Notes: a model not told the origin generated them from the letters alone. A stretch of 64,000 nt of DNA from an uncultured Desulfurococcales archaeon (GCA_964467535.1 CAYXRT010000004.1:20956-84955); one strand, 5' to 3'; positions 30,432-42,500 are shown, numbered from the stretch's first letter. A program made the numbers and translations.

Positions 30432-31523
30432 TTATGCACCACCCGTCTTTTCTACTTGCTTCTCTACTAAGAATATGTTCTTCTCAGTTATTACGAAAGG
30501 CCCTGTTCTTACATGAAGAGGTACATTGCCTACTGGTACTTGAATTCCATATTCTAAATATAGGTATGCGAATACTACTGGTAGGAACCCTTGTGCAAAT
30601 GGCTGCTGGCTTATAGCACATAGCATTATTCCTTTCCTAATTCCTTCAATTATTTTAGCATCTACGTCTACTGTAGCTACATAGACTTTGCCAACTAATC
30701 CTAGATCTTCGACCAGTTTTAGTGCAGGATGTGCTCCTAGAGGACCTAGTGTGAATATTATTTCAGTGTCCGGATGCTTTGTTAGGTATGCCTTTAATAT
30801 TTCGTATGCTTTTGTTATATCTGTTGTTATGTCTAACTTCTCTACTGGAGGTAGTCCTTGTGCTTCACATACCTCCTTAATACCCTTTGCTCTCATTTCT
30901 AAGCCTATGTGTCCTACTTCATGTATGCCGATAACTACTCTCTTTGGTAATCTACCAGTTTTCTCTTTGAAAAATCTTAATGCGTTTTCAGCTAGTACTT
31001 TTCCAGCTTCGTAATCATCTTGTCCTATGTAGCCTAAGTACGGTATTCTCTCTCCTTCAGGTCTTGGATCATATACGTTGACGGCGAATACTGGAATACC
31101 TTCTTTAATAGCTCTTCTTAAGGGCTCGTCTAGTGCTTCATATGATGTTATTGTTACTATTATGGCGTCAGGCTTCTTAGCAATAGCACTTTCAAGTAAG
31201 TCTACTAATGCCTTAATTGAGAACTTCTCTGGACCTAGATATACTACTTTAACTCCAAGAATTTTTCCTGCTAGTTCAGCACCCTTAATTACGGGAGCCC
31301 ACCAAGGATCTCCAGGACCACCATGAGATACGTAATATATTGTATACTTTAGCGGTTTAGGAGTTGGGGTTACGGTTATCGTTACAGGAGATGTAGTTGT
31401 TATAGTTGTTGTCACAGTTTTTACTGGTGCAGGATACGTTGCCATTCCAATAGCATAACCTATTATTATGCCTATTATAATTGCAATAACTATGAATATA
31501 TAGGTTCTTGCAGTTGCAGACAT
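30432..31523 (-). CDS. Sugar ABC transporter substrate-binding protein (ribose/CUT2 type), membrane-anchored
   Basis: N-terminal TM helix, Thr/Pro-rich linker VKTVTTTITTTSPVTITVTPTPKP, then a periplasmic-binding-protein type I fold. Divergent from the permease and ATPase genes. Confidence 0.75.
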   Translation of the reverse strand: MSATARTYIFIVIAIIIGIIIGYAIGMATYPAPVKTVTTTITTTSPVTITVTPTPKPLKYTIYYVSHGGPGDPWWAPVIKGAELAGKILGVKVVYLGPEKFSIKALVDLLESAIAKKPDAIIVTITSYEALDEPLRRAIKEGIPVFAVNVYDPRPEGERIPYLGYIGQDDYEAGKVLAENALRFFKEKTGRLPKRVVIGIHEVGHIGLEMRAKGIKEVCEAQGLPPVEKLDITTDITKAYEILKAYLTKHPDTEIIFTLGPLGAHPALKLVEDLGLVGKVYVATVDVDAKIIEGIRKGIMLCAISQQPFAQGFLPVVFAYLYLEYGIQVPVGNVPLHVRTGPFVITEKNIFLVEKQVEKTGGA

Positions 31524-31647
31524 AGGTATTCTCCTCTAAGAAAAGTTTTCTTATGAAGATTTATAAGGTTTTGAGTGTTACTTGCTCTAGCTAGGTAATT
31601 GGTAAAATTTAAATATTTTATTATTTTCTATGTGATACCCAGGATAT

Positions 31648-32634
31648 ATGGGTATGCCTGCTACATCTAGGATTTTCAATAAGTTAAGCATATTACTTAG
31701 ACTAAAGGAATTTTCCGTCTTTATTAGCTTGCTTAGTGTTACTATAGCGTTTACTTTACTCTCTAAAGAGTTTTTAACTGTACACACGTTTGCCGGTATT
31801 TTAACATTGGCTTCTGAACTTGGGATTGTAGCTATTGGTGAAGCCTTCCTAATAATCTCTGGTGAATTCGATTTATCAGTTGGTTCAGTCTATGCTGTTT
31901 CTGCAATGGCTAGTGCAATATTAGTAAGATTAGGGATTTCTCCTATAATTGCTCTCTTACTGGCACTATTATTATCAGCTAGCATAGGTGCTGCTAATGG
32001 GCTAATAACGCTTAAAGCAAGAATTCCATCATTCATTACTACGCTTGGGATGGCAATGTTCTTGAGAGGTATACTACTAGCAGTAACCGGAGGTTTTCCA
32101 GTAGAACTTGGCGTGAGGCATCCTGTGTTTGAGGTTTTATCAGGAAGAATATTTGGTGACTTTAGAAGTAGTGCCTTATGGTTTATAACATTAACTATAT
32201 TGTTCCACTTTATACTAAACCGCACAAGATATGGAAATTGGGTATATGCTACTGGTAGAAACCCTAATATTGCAAGGGCTTTAGGAGTAAATATCTTCAG
32301 GGTTAAGTTCACGAACTTCATAGTAACATCCACGCTTGCAGGTCTTTCTGGGTGTATCGCATTAGCTAGATTTAGAATCATAGAACCCGTAGCCGGAACA
32401 GGTCTTGAACTTGAAGCTATAGCAGCAACAGTAATTGGCGGCACTTCTTTAGGCGGAGGTATTGGCACTATTATTGGTGCCTCCTTAGGTGCTTTCCTTG
32501 TTGGAATGATTAGAGTAGGGCTTGTACTTGCTGGAGCACCAGCATATTGGTATATTGGATTTGTTGGGTTAATCTTAATAGTGGCAGCAGTGATTTATTC
32601 ATTAACTAGAGGTAGAGGTTTGAGATATGTCTAA
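31648..32634 (+). CDS. Sugar ABC transporter permease (RbsC-like)
   Basis: Polytopic protein of about 10 TM helices. 8-nt overlap with the downstream ATPase gene. Confidence 0.8.
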   Translation: MGMPATSRIFNKLSILLRLKEFSVFISLLSVTIAFTLLSKEFLTVHTFAGILTLASELGIVAIGEAFLIISGEFDLSVGSVYAVSAMASAILVRLGISPIIALLLALLLSASIGAANGLITLKARIPSFITTLGMAMFLRGILLAVTGGFPVELGVRHPVFEVLSGRIFGDFRSSALWFITLTILFHFILNRTRYGNWVYATGRNPNIARALGVNIFRVKFTNFIVTSTLAGLSGCIALARFRIIEPVAGTGLELEAIAATVIGGTSLGGGIGTIIGASLGAFLVGMIRVGLVLAGAPAYWYIGFVGLILIVAAVIYSLTRGRGLRYV

Positions 32635-33373
32635 AGAACCACTAATGAAGTTAGTAAATATAACAAAGAGATTCGGCCATGTCGTAGCATTAAGGAAAGT
32701 GAATTTTGAGGTATACCCAGGAGAATGTGTTGGACTTGTAGGAGATAATGGAGCTGGTAAATCAACGTTAGCTAAGATAATGGTAGGCTACTATAAGCCC
32801 GATGAAGGAGAAATATACTTTGAAGGAAGAAAGGTGTCTTTTAATTCTCCCATGGATGCCCGAAAGTTAGGCATCGAGATAGTATATCAAGAACTGGCCT
32901 TAATTGATACAATGAGCATTTACAGAAACTTCTTCCTTGGCAGGGAGATAGTTAAGAAACTAGGCCCTATTAAGATATTAGACATAGGTACTATGAAACG
33001 TATATCTGAACGTTACTTAAAAGATATAGGTATTCGTGTTAGATCAACAGATGAGCTAGTCGGTATTCTCTCTGGAGGCGAAAGACAATCAATAGCTATT
33101 GCAAGGGCTGTACACTTTGGTGCAAAGCTCCTGATACTAGATGAACCTACAACAGCATTATCATTTAAGGAAGCTAAAAGAGTACTAGCATACATTAATG
33201 AGTTAAAAAAGAAGAACATAGCAATAGTAATGATCTCACATAATATATATCATGTATATGAAGTGGCTGATAGATTCACAATATTGGATAGAGGAGTCAA
33301 GATAGCAGAATTACATAAAAAAGATGTAAGTCCTCAAGATATCATAGACATAATTGTTAGAGGCAGAAAATAA
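32627..33373 (+). CDS. Sugar ABC transporter ATP-binding protein (single-cassette)
   Basis: Walker A GDNGAGKST, signature LSGGERQ, Walker B LILDEPT. Confidence 0.85.
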   Translation: MSKEPLMKLVNITKRFGHVVALRKVNFEVYPGECVGLVGDNGAGKSTLAKIMVGYYKPDEGEIYFEGRKVSFNSPMDARKLGIEIVYQELALIDTMSIYRNFFLGREIVKKLGPIKILDIGTMKRISERYLKDIGIRVRSTDELVGILSGGERQSIAIARAVHFGAKLLILDEPTTALSFKEAKRVLAYINELKKKNIAIVMISHNIYHVYEVADRFTILDRGVKIAELHKKDVSPQDIIDIIVRGRK

Positions 33374-33704
33374 ATGACGGATAAGAAGAGTTCACAATAA
33401 TGTCGTTCTAAAAATATCCTTAACTTAGCCTATTCAGCTTATGAAAATACTGCTTCTAAAAGTGATTGAAATAAATAGTCTTCATGTCATTAGATCCGAT
33501 CAGTTTGAAATTAATCTCTATAATTCTGCTTCCATATATTTCTTAATAATGAGTTAGCTATTTAACTATCATTGATGCTTAATCACTAATTGAAGAAGAA
33601 AGTACATTTAAGTATGGATCAGATATTTTAGATAAAAAACATTCCATAAAATGAGAGGTATCATTTGATAGAGTTCTTCTTTAATGTTACCTAGACTTTA
33701 CTTA

Positions 33705-34091
33705 TTACGCCTTTTCTACTCTTACCTTAACTCCGCTTCGAACATTCTTTAATATATCTATTCCTTCAATTATTTTTCCAAGAACATTTACTGGGCTATA
33801 TGGTCTTATTTCATTTGGACTCCTGCTGACGGGTGTTGGACCAAAGAATAGACATAGCGCACTACCTGGAGGCCAATAGGCTATGACCCCATAGTCTACT
33901 ACCTCAACTGCATTTTCTTCACTAGTACTTACTGGTGTAGAAAAGTATACCTCATCACCCCAGCGATAAGCAGTTGATTCAAAGGGAAGAGATTTAATTA
34001 TTAACTCAAATGTTTTTGGACTTTTATCTGGCTTTAATTCTCCGATAACAATACCAACACCCTCAAAGATGAACTTAACTTTGATGCTCAA
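33705..34091 (-). CDS. Cyclophilin-like superfamily protein (TM1367/DUF369-like)
   Basis: LPFESTAYRWGDEVYFSTP and GVIAYWPPGSALCLFFGPTPVS...SPVNVLGKI follow the cyclophilin-like family pattern. Confidence 0.6.
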   Translation of the reverse strand: MSIKVKFIFEGVGIVIGELKPDKSPKTFELIIKSLPFESTAYRWGDEVYFSTPVSTSEENAVEVVDYGVIAYWPPGSALCLFFGPTPVSRSPNEIRPYSPVNVLGKIIEGIDILKNVRSGVKVRVEKA

Positions 34092-34164
34092 ACCTAGGCA
34101 CCCATAAACTAGTTAGTCATGAAATAATATAAATGTAATCCTTATAGCATTCTGAGGTACTTGA

Positions 34165-34632
34165 TTATAATGTCTCTAGTGCTTCCTCGTATTGTTTTAG
34201 AAGCTTTTGATACCTCTCTTTGAGCTCCTTAGAAAGATAAGGATTGCGAAGATATGCTTTTATATTTCTTATGTATAGTTTTATGAATTTACTCCATTTC
34301 ATGTCCTTGGCTATGGGAAGTTCGATTTCTAATGACTTTATATGTGCTAATTCAGCTTTTTTGGCATATTTAATGAATACATCATATGTTATTTTTATAT
34401 TCATTTTCTTTAATTTACATAATTCTATAATTTCATGCGTCATTATTGCCTCATCTTCAACCATATTCTCTTCAACAAGCTTATCTATAGGTATTTCTGG
34501 ATAAGGTGTTTGCGCACTAAACCATATGTTTAATTCATCAAGTGAGGTTTCACATTCATAATTATATTTTTCTTTCAGCATTTTCAATAGGTTTCTTAAT
34601 GCTATTTTGCATAATAGCTTCTGATAAGCCAT
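34165..34632 (-). CDS. Hypothetical protein
   Basis: 155-aa Lys/Glu-rich helical ORF. No motif recognised. The antisense ORF 34244-34504 is judged spurious. Confidence 0.45.
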   Translation of the reverse strand: MAYQKLLCKIALRNLLKMLKEKYNYECETSLDELNIWFSAQTPYPEIPIDKLVEENMVEDEAIMTHEIIELCKLKKMNIKITYDVFIKYAKKAELAHIKSLEIELPIAKDMKWSKFIKLYIRNIKAYLRNPYLSKELKERYQKLLKQYEEALETL

Positions 34633-34743
34633 TTTTATAAACCATTAACATTTAGTGATTCTCCAGGTTTACACTATATATCATTTATGTATAGTTTACT
34701 AAGCAGTTATGCTAAGATATGCTTATTGTGAGGATAATTTGAA

Positions 34744-36420
34744 CTAGGTATGTGTGAAAACAGTATTATATAGTCTGTTCAAAACCCATATAACGTCAAA
34801 TCCATCAACAATTGTTAAGTCCGGTGGTACTGGGTGTACAAAACCTGAGAACCCTTTTTCATTTATCAATTTATTTATGTAATTTATTAATTCATGTATA
34901 CTCATGGGTCTCTTAAGCTGTGATATTTTCTCTACTATGTGAGCTATAAACTTTACCTGACCTTTTTCAACAATTCTTGGATAATATGATAGGTCTAGTT
35001 CAAATTTAACACCATCGATGTATTCGGCAGCTATTTTGTATCCTTTAGCTCTTATCCTCCTTAAACCCTTTATACCATGAAATATTCTATTTTTTGGAAG
35101 TTTATAATCTAGCTCTATTTTATGAGGTACGTTTTCCTTTACTTTTGGAGTTATATCTCTTGGGATGTAGTCTTCCATTAAGATGATTTTGTCTGCTACA
35201 CCTAAAAATGACGACGAAGCACTTGCTACTATAATTACGCTAGCCTTGGTCTTGCGCACTAAATCTCTTACCTGTAGGCATAAAGGCCTTATTGGTTCTT
35301 TAGTAATAATTTTTGCCATTACATTGTCTTTAAACAATAGATTTGTAGCGCTAGTATCTTCATCTATTAGTATCAATTCAGCACCTGCTTCAATAGCTTC
35401 ATTTATTGATGCAGCCATACTTGTTGAACCACTTGCATCAAGACTACTATACTTAATAGTATCACTATTCATAGGAAGCTGTTCTATAAAGCTTGAAATG
35501 TCGACGCTCGATACTATTCTTCCATCTTCTGCCCTAACCATTATAGTATATTTTCTTGAAACAATATACTCTCTGCCATCACCCTTAATGTGGTTGTATA
35601 TACCTTCTTGGATTGCTTCTAGAAGTGTTGTTTTACCATGGTAGCCACCGCCAGTTATGAGGATGACCCCCATAGGCATAGCCATACCAGTAACGAGTTT
35701 ACCGCTAGGAAGCTTTACTGCTACTTTAAATGATTTAGGAGATTTAAATGGGATAGCATTCGCCATAGGCTTTTCAGATATACTCGACTCTCTAGGTAAT
35801 ATGCTTCTATCTGCAATAAAGAATGCATAATTATTTTCATATAACCATTGTCTAAGGTACTCTTGATCCAGGTAACATTCTATGTGTTTTTCTATTTCCT
35901 CCTCATTATTACGTAACGATATAATCGTGTTGATTATCTTAGGTATGCTTTCTAGCAATAACTTTCTTGCTCTATCACCTAATATTCTCCTTCCCCGTGC
36001 AGGTAATCCTATATAAATTCTCAGTACAATATCTCTATCCTTTATTTCCGCACATGATCTTTTCAGAATCCAGGGTCCTGGTCTAGGGATACCGATGTAA
36101 CAGCTATATCCGGAGCCACATCTTTTACTAAGTTTTTTAGTTATCCTATAGAGGGCTCTGGATATATAATCGGTAAGGGGGATATAGTATTCCTGCTTAA
36201 ATAGTGTTTTTGATAATTTATGAGCTCTGCTAGGTATAACTATTTCTATTACTGAAGGCGGAGCATGCGGGTCTCCTTGGACTTTAGTGAAAACGGCCTC
36301 TGCGTTACCGTAGTCTATGATTAATTCCCTTAACTTCTTATAGACACTATACCTCTTACCATCAGTTCTTCGTAATAGCTCATCTAGCTCATACATTGTA
36401 ATTTTATTCATACCTATCAT
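34744..36420 (-). CDS. Predicted ATPase of the ABC class (COG3044 / ABC_ATPase family)
   Basis: N-terminal LDELLRRTDGKRYSVYKKL and VQGDPHAPPSVIEIVIP resemble the family N-domain. P-loop-like GGGYHGKTT. Walker B-like ILIDEDTSATN. Confidence 0.7.
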   Translation of the reverse strand: MIGMNKITMYELDELLRRTDGKRYSVYKKLRELIIDYGNAEAVFTKVQGDPHAPPSVIEIVIPSRAHKLSKTLFKQEYYIPLTDYISRALYRITKKLSKRCGSGYSCYIGIPRPGPWILKRSCAEIKDRDIVLRIYIGLPARGRRILGDRARKLLLESIPKIINTIISLRNNEEEIEKHIECYLDQEYLRQWLYENNYAFFIADRSILPRESSISEKPMANAIPFKSPKSFKVAVKLPSGKLVTGMAMPMGVILITGGGYHGKTTLLEAIQEGIYNHIKGDGREYIVSRKYTIMVRAEDGRIVSSVDISSFIEQLPMNSDTIKYSSLDASGSTSMAASINEAIEAGAELILIDEDTSATNLLFKDNVMAKIITKEPIRPLCLQVRDLVRKTKASVIIVASASSSFLGVADKIILMEDYIPRDITPKVKENVPHKIELDYKLPKNRIFHGIKGLRRIRAKGYKIAAEYIDGVKFELDLSYYPRIVEKGQVKFIAHIVEKISQLKRPMSIHELINYINKLINEKGFSGFVHPVPPDLTIVDGFDVIWVLNRLYNTVFTHT

Positions 36421-36552
36421 TATAAATAGATATAATTATTCAAAAAGCTTATACACCTATTAAGTTCATTTTATCGCTATAACGATGTACATTCTACGGA
36501 GGCTTAATATATTTTGAGCGATAATGTATTATCAGCGTAGAGGTGAAGATTC

Positions 36553-37356
36553 ATGAATACTAGTACTGAATGGTTTAGGGAATTCTTTGATAGACTATAC
36601 TATGAAACTTATAGACCTGAAGAAACTGAGGAGAGGAATAGATCTGAGGCTGAGTTTATAGCTAAGGCACTAGGTTTATCTAGAGGTTCAAGAGTTCTTG
36701 ATATTGGTTGTGGCTATGCTAGGCATGCTGTTTATTTGGCTAGAATGGGCTGTAGTGTTGTATGTCTTGATATAAGTGATTATTTACTTGAAAAAGCTCG
36801 TGAAAGGATTAAAGAATTTGGTGTAGAAGACATAGTTGAAATAGTTAAGCAAGACATGAGATTCATGGACTTTAAAGAGGAATTTGATGGAGCTTTCCTA
36901 TTCTTTACAACCTTCGGTTATTTCAGTGACGAGGAAAACGAATTAGTCTTGAGGAACATTCATAGAGCATTAAAAAAGAATGGAAAACTATTAATAGATA
37001 TCTTAAACCCCTTCAGAATTCTAGTTGCCTCATATTTCATGAGCGCCTTAAAGGGAAAAGGTCCTTTAACTCGTAAATTCTGGTGGGAATCCGGGAATTA
37101 CTATATTTTGGAAGAAGTTGATGTAAATGTGATGAAGGCTAGGATAATTTCTAAAAGAACATTTATAGATAAAGGATCCATGAAAATTGCTGGTACCAGG
37201 ACTAGTATAATCAGATACTACATGCCCCACGAATTAATTATCATATTAAATAGATACGGATTTAATGTCTTAAAGTTATATGGTAATTATAAAGGTGAGG
37301 AATATACATTGAATAGTCCAAGATTAATAGTTATAGCCAAAAAAGTTAAAGGCTAG
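36553..37356 (+). CDS. Class I SAM-dependent methyltransferase
   Basis: Motif I VLDIGCGYARH, followed by an acidic loop CLDIS. Confidence 0.8.
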   Translation: MNTSTEWFREFFDRLYYETYRPEETEERNRSEAEFIAKALGLSRGSRVLDIGCGYARHAVYLARMGCSVVCLDISDYLLEKARERIKEFGVEDIVEIVKQDMRFMDFKEEFDGAFLFFTTFGYFSDEENELVLRNIHRALKKNGKLLIDILNPFRILVASYFMSALKGKGPLTRKFWWESGNYYILEEVDVNVMKARIISKRTFIDKGSMKIAGTRTSIIRYYMPHELIIILNRYGFNVLKLYGNYKGEEYTLNSPRLIVIAKKVKG

Positions 37357-37432
37357 ATAGAAGTCCTAAGTAAATTAATATATAAATCGCATCAGCTATC
37401 TTCATGAATACTATCAGAAAAGAATAGCTGCC

Positions 37433-38530
37433 TTATCTTAACCATGTTAAACTTTCTAGTGCTTTATCTAAACTCGTAGAGAATATCCCTATTGCATGAT
37501 CACTTATTCCACCAATCCATAGCAGTATGTCCTTGTATGCTATTAGTCCATTGCCAAAAATAACTCCAGGTCTATCACCATATACTTCATCAAGGCCTTT
37601 AGGCGATAGTATATAATGTGGAGTTATAGCTAGTAGTTCTCCTTGATCATCTACTATTGCTAACCCTTCCCTGTAAAATCCATCAATATTTGAGACACCA
37701 TGCCATCCAACTAGATATTCATTACTTGAAAGCTTAACCACATTAGTTGACCATCCTATTTTTATCTCCCATTCCTCATGACACAAATTGGGCTCTAGAG
37801 AGTCTACTTCTATCGCGAGCTCATTCATGTCTAATATTGCTCTCCAACAAATACTGACATCATTTACGGTAGGCCTTGTGAGAATCAACGAACTCTTTGA
37901 ATTTATTCTTACAAATGCTGTATCCCTCCAACTATCAGGTATATGTATTTTATCATATCGTTTTATTTTAAAGAATTGCTTTGACTTAACATTATAGTTT
38001 AAGTCCATTAATGCTAATGCTTGTAGACCAATATATCCCGAGACTCCTGCAAGAGGTCTTCTCCACAGTCTTTCAGGACGATGTGCAACACCAGTATATA
38101 ATACATAAAAAGTATCATCATAGATAGAGACTCTAGCATCTTCGCAACCTAATGCCATCTCCCAAGGCTCTGTAGGATATATGACTATTTTTGTTGGAAC
38201 GGGTTTCCCAATATTACCTTCTATTACTTCATCTATATTTAGCTCCATTACCCCTATACATGATGAGTAATAATAATAGCCAAATATTATCCTAGGGAAT
38301 ATGAGAATTCTTTTGTTCATCAGTACTGCGCCTGGGTTAAATACCGATACTGGTGTCTTACGAATCCAATTAATTACCTTAATATCTTCAGGGCCTATAT
38401 ATGTTAATCGATTAAATATATCCTTTGTTAATGGCCTCCTAGGTATTTTCTTCCTCTTCATGAAGTCTATAGCCTTTCTATATAGCATTTCATCTATTTC
38501 CTTAGACTTAATATGCCAAGGTTTATACAC
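37433..38530 (-). CDS. GH130/DUF377-like beta-propeller glycosidase or phosphorylase
   Basis: VFNPGAVLMNKRILIFPRI and GCEDARVSIYDDTFYVLYTGV resemble the GH130 family signature. Confidence 0.55.
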   Translation of the reverse strand: MYKPWHIKSKEIDEMLYRKAIDFMKRKKIPRRPLTKDIFNRLTYIGPEDIKVINWIRKTPVSVFNPGAVLMNKRILIFPRIIFGYYYYSSCIGVMELNIDEVIEGNIGKPVPTKIVIYPTEPWEMALGCEDARVSIYDDTFYVLYTGVAHRPERLWRRPLAGVSGYIGLQALALMDLNYNVKSKQFFKIKRYDKIHIPDSWRDTAFVRINSKSSLILTRPTVNDVSICWRAILDMNELAIEVDSLEPNLCHEEWEIKIGWSTNVVKLSSNEYLVGWHGVSNIDGFYREGLAIVDDQGELLAITPHYILSPKGLDEVYGDRPGVIFGNGLIAYKDILLWIGGISDHAIGIFSTSLDKALESLTWLR

Positions 38531-38595
38531 AAGCGTACACTCTCCTCGTAATCTCTGAGATTATTGATGTTAAAGGACAAGGATCTAAAGAGTTT

Positions 38596-38970
38596 TCACT
38601 CATCTTCCTCTTCAGGAGTATACAATTCATAACCAGCTACCCTAAAGTAGTAACCTGATTCTTTTCTAGGACCAAAACTTCTAAGACCTTTTTCTTTTAG
38701 TTGTCTTCTTATTTTATCTGCTTCCTCTTTAGATATTTCACCTCTTCGTTCCATGTAGTCAACTACTTCTAATGCTTCCTCTATAGTTTTAGCTCTTCTG
38801 ATGAAATCGTAAATTGATGGATTATAACCTCTCCAAGGATCAGGTCTTCTTCGTCTTATGAACTCTAGTTTAACTGATTTACCCTCACCATTTAATATTT
38901 CTTTAGCTAGGTTTGGAAATAATTTCCTAAATTTCTTAATATCTATTTCAATCATTCTTATTCCTCGCAT
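38596..38970 (-). CDS. Small conserved archaeal protein (resembles DUF2095)
   Basis: FRKLFPNLAKEI...PWRGYNPSIYDFIRR...RRGEISKEEADKIRRQLKEKGLRSFGPRKESGYY. 18-nt gap downstream of padR. Confidence 0.45.
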   Translation of the reverse strand: MRGIRMIEIDIKKFRKLFPNLAKEILNGEGKSVKLEFIRRRRPDPWRGYNPSIYDFIRRAKTIEEALEVVDYMERRGEISKEEADKIRRQLKEKGLRSFGPRKESGYYFRVAGYELYTPEEEDE

Positions 38971-38988
38971 CTGATTTCTTTAGCTTCC

Positions 38989-39495
38989 TTAATAAATGGT
39001 TGACCGGGCTTCTCTCTCCCTTATCTCTACTTCAATTATTTTAATTACTTCATCAAGTATATTCCTCCATTCACTAAGCCTTTTCAATAATTCCTGGAGT
39101 TCGTTAATATCATACCTTCTAAGTATTTCTTTTGATCTTGGGAGCGAGCTTATTATATAGGATCTGATAGCGTGTAATTTATCATCTAACATTTTTAGCA
39201 ATATCATACCCTTATTTGTTATTTTATAATATTTCTTAGTTTTACCCTTTTCTATTATATTATAGCTTTTAATGAACCCTTTACTTTCAAGAGCTTTTAA
39301 TGCGGGATATATGGAACCTGGAACAGGTCTCCATAAGCCTAGAGTTCTTTTCTCTATCTCCTTAATTAATTCATATCCATGAAAATCTTTATCACTTAAA
39401 ATTCTAAGTATCATAAGCTTTAGAGAACCTCTAATAGCACTAAGAATAATCCTATTAACTTCATTCTCTATGTTAGCTATATCCCCATTATCCAT
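38989..39495 (-). CDS. PadR-family transcriptional regulator
   Basis: HGYELIKEIEKRT...WRPVPGSIYPALKALESKGFI is a canonical PadR wHTH. Divergent from the giant MMPL gene. Confidence 0.85.
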   Translation of the reverse strand: MDNGDIANIENEVNRIILSAIRGSLKLMILRILSDKDFHGYELIKEIEKRTLGLWRPVPGSIYPALKALESKGFIKSYNIIEKGKTKKYYKITNKGMILLKMLDDKLHAIRSYIISSLPRSKEILRRYDINELQELLKRLSEWRNILDEVIKIIEVEIREREARSTIY

Positions 39496-39597
39496 ATATT
39501 ACCCTCTACAGCTTCTCCCTCTTATCTTAGTAAACCTTAAATACTATATATCGGTTACCGATATATCCTAGGTAATAGAAGAGTTGGGGGATGACTA

Positions 39598-42500
39598 GTG
39601 ACTTTAGCGGGGATTATTATAAGGCATAGAAAAGCCATTGTGATCTTATGGGTTATAGCTATTGTCTTAAGCATTCCCATCTTTAAGAAACTTGATGAAA
39701 TACTCGTTTATGAAGAAGAAAGCTTCCTTCCGCCAACAGCTGAATCAGCTATAGCTAATAAAATTCTTAAGGAAGAATTCCGTGAAGCACCTCCAACACC
39801 ATATTACTTATTAATAATCACAAAGCTTAACACATCTGATCATCGTTATCAGGAACTCTATAAAGAGTTCAAAAATAAAGTATTCCAAAGAAACCTAGTT
39901 AAGAAATTTACAAGCTACTATGAATTTTTAAATGATACTAAGGAAATAGCTCATAAAATGTTATATAATATAGTCACCAATTTACATAATGCTACATTAA
40001 TGCTTAAAAACATGCTAGAATTAATGAACATGACCTATAACATTCTCTATAATAACATAACTATGTTACCTAAGTTCATGAATCAGCTATATAATTACAC
40101 ATTAACATTCGATAAAATGTATGTTGGCATGTATGAAAACTTTTCACAAATATCAAGAACATATAATAGCTTAGGAGAATATTTAAAACAGATTGATAAC
40201 GCTTTTAATCAAACCCTTTACTTAGTCTTATTCATAAATACGACATCATCCTATATCACATTACTGAATAATACATATTCCGAAATCTATATCAAGGTAG
40301 TTAATTTCTCGAAACCCATAGCTATAATCAGGTACTTGATAAGTGAAGTTGATGATTCATATTCAAGATTATATAATAGTTTATCTCAGTTAAGAGAGTC
40401 ACTAATCAGTTCATATAAAGGTGTACTGGAACTCAATTCCTTCATATATGAATTACCATACTATTACATAGTGACGTATTTCAATATAACGAGAACACAT
40501 TACTATATGTTAAATGCATTCAATTATTCAGCACCATTATTTATACTCGATGAATTAGTGAAATTAACTAATGTCTCTTCAATTGATCCTACCTTAGGAC
40601 CTATTAATAAATCTCTTGCATTATACCTGTACTATGAAGTTAAGGTTAAGAATAGGTTTGGTGATCCTAAAAATGTTGATGAATACGACTTAAATGTTCT
40701 TACGAAAGAATTATTACAGGCTTTAATATCAAAACACGTACCTAAAGAGTATCGTGATATTGTTAAAATATATTTAAGTACAATAGCTAGTGAATGGAGT
40801 AGCTTTATAGATGAGTTTATTAAGAAGGGCGGTATTCTTAAGTGGTATGTTTATGATAAAGAAAACCTAACAAATACATGGATTAGTCAAGTAAATGTTT
40901 ACTATAAATTAAATAGCGTTTATGAAAATCTATTAAAGACTTCATTTAATAACTCTAAAAATGATATAGCTGAAACCCTAGCGGTCAAATTTAATATCCC
41001 ATTAGAACTTGCATTAAATATCGTTAATATTGCTCTAGATATAGGATTTCCAGCTAATGAAACAAGAGCTAAGGAGCTTATTATAGACCTCTTCGCTAAA
41101 ATTCTAAGTGAGAAAATAAAGGAACCTTCAATCAATTATAAGGAGTTAGTAAGACATATATGGAAGCATGGGGTTTCGCCAGAGCTAGCGTTAAATCTAA
41201 CACGTATAATCACGTATAAATACATTGATGAACTGGAAATACCTGAAGAATTTATAAGTAAAGAGGAAATAAAGAACAAATTACTACCTTTAATATTCAG
41301 CGTAATAGCTGAAGCCGATCCCGATGCTAAAGGACTTTTAACGACCGACCCTAATCTCAAAAAGCATACCATTTATGTCGTGGTTACATTAATGGACATA
41401 TTAAACATTAAACTTCCAAGAGAACTAGCAGAAGTCGATATATATGATTTAATGACATCGATTTATGATTACCTAGTTAAGAAAGATGATAAAATTATTA
41501 GATCTATGATTAGAAATCTAATGTTAAATTTTGTTGAAAAAGAAGTGCCTAAGGAGTACATTCCTATAGCATCTAAGCTTGTGGATCTAACGTGTACCTT
41601 ATGGCCTGTTAATGCTAGTAAAGAATTAGAAATCATTGAAACGTGTGTTAACTTCATGGTTAATGTCACTAAAGCTGAGATATCAATAAATATAACTCCT
41701 ATTATGTTGAAGTATTATCCATTAATTAAAGAGGCAGAGGTCATTAAGGAGTTAAGGAATATATCTTGGAACATTTTATTGAATTTAATGGAAGAAGTTA
41801 ATGAAACTGCTCCAACATTATTAGCTATCTTAAAATCACCCAATGTATTTAGCTTTAAAATTAGGGATATATTAGTCGATAGAGGACTATGGCTCCACGA
41901 TGTAGAGGATGAAGTTAAAGAGGCGTTTAAAGAACTTCTTATAGATACTTTAATGAAATACAAGGTTCATGGAATAATCTTAAACAAAGATACTATAGTT
42001 AAAGCTGTAAATTTAATAATAGCTAATGAAACTCTAAACGCATCAAGACTTATATTAAGTGAAGTATTTAGAAAGCTTCCAGTAGAATACAATATTACAT
42101 CCATAATCCGATACTTAATTAACCAAAAGCCAGGTTTTACAAGTAATAAAAGTAGGGTTAAGGAACTCATAATAGATATATTCTTAGATGAATTTAGCAG
42201 CAGGTTTAAGGATGTAGTTAGTAAGAATACAATAGCATTTACGTTGAACGTAGTCTATGGACCGGAGGAATTACCAAGGAGTAGTATAAGTCATGAGTTA
42301 TCATCTAATCTAACTTATATTTTACTAGAAGAAATCATAACTAATACCCTTAAGAAGGCTAATGTAACAAATGAAACTACTATATGTGAATTACTTGCTA
42401 AAATACGTGGCAAGTTACCAATTACTAAGAGCCAGCTTAAACACATAGTTATTCAGGAAATCCTAACTCAAGCTACGGAATTTGTTAAGGGTACGGATGT

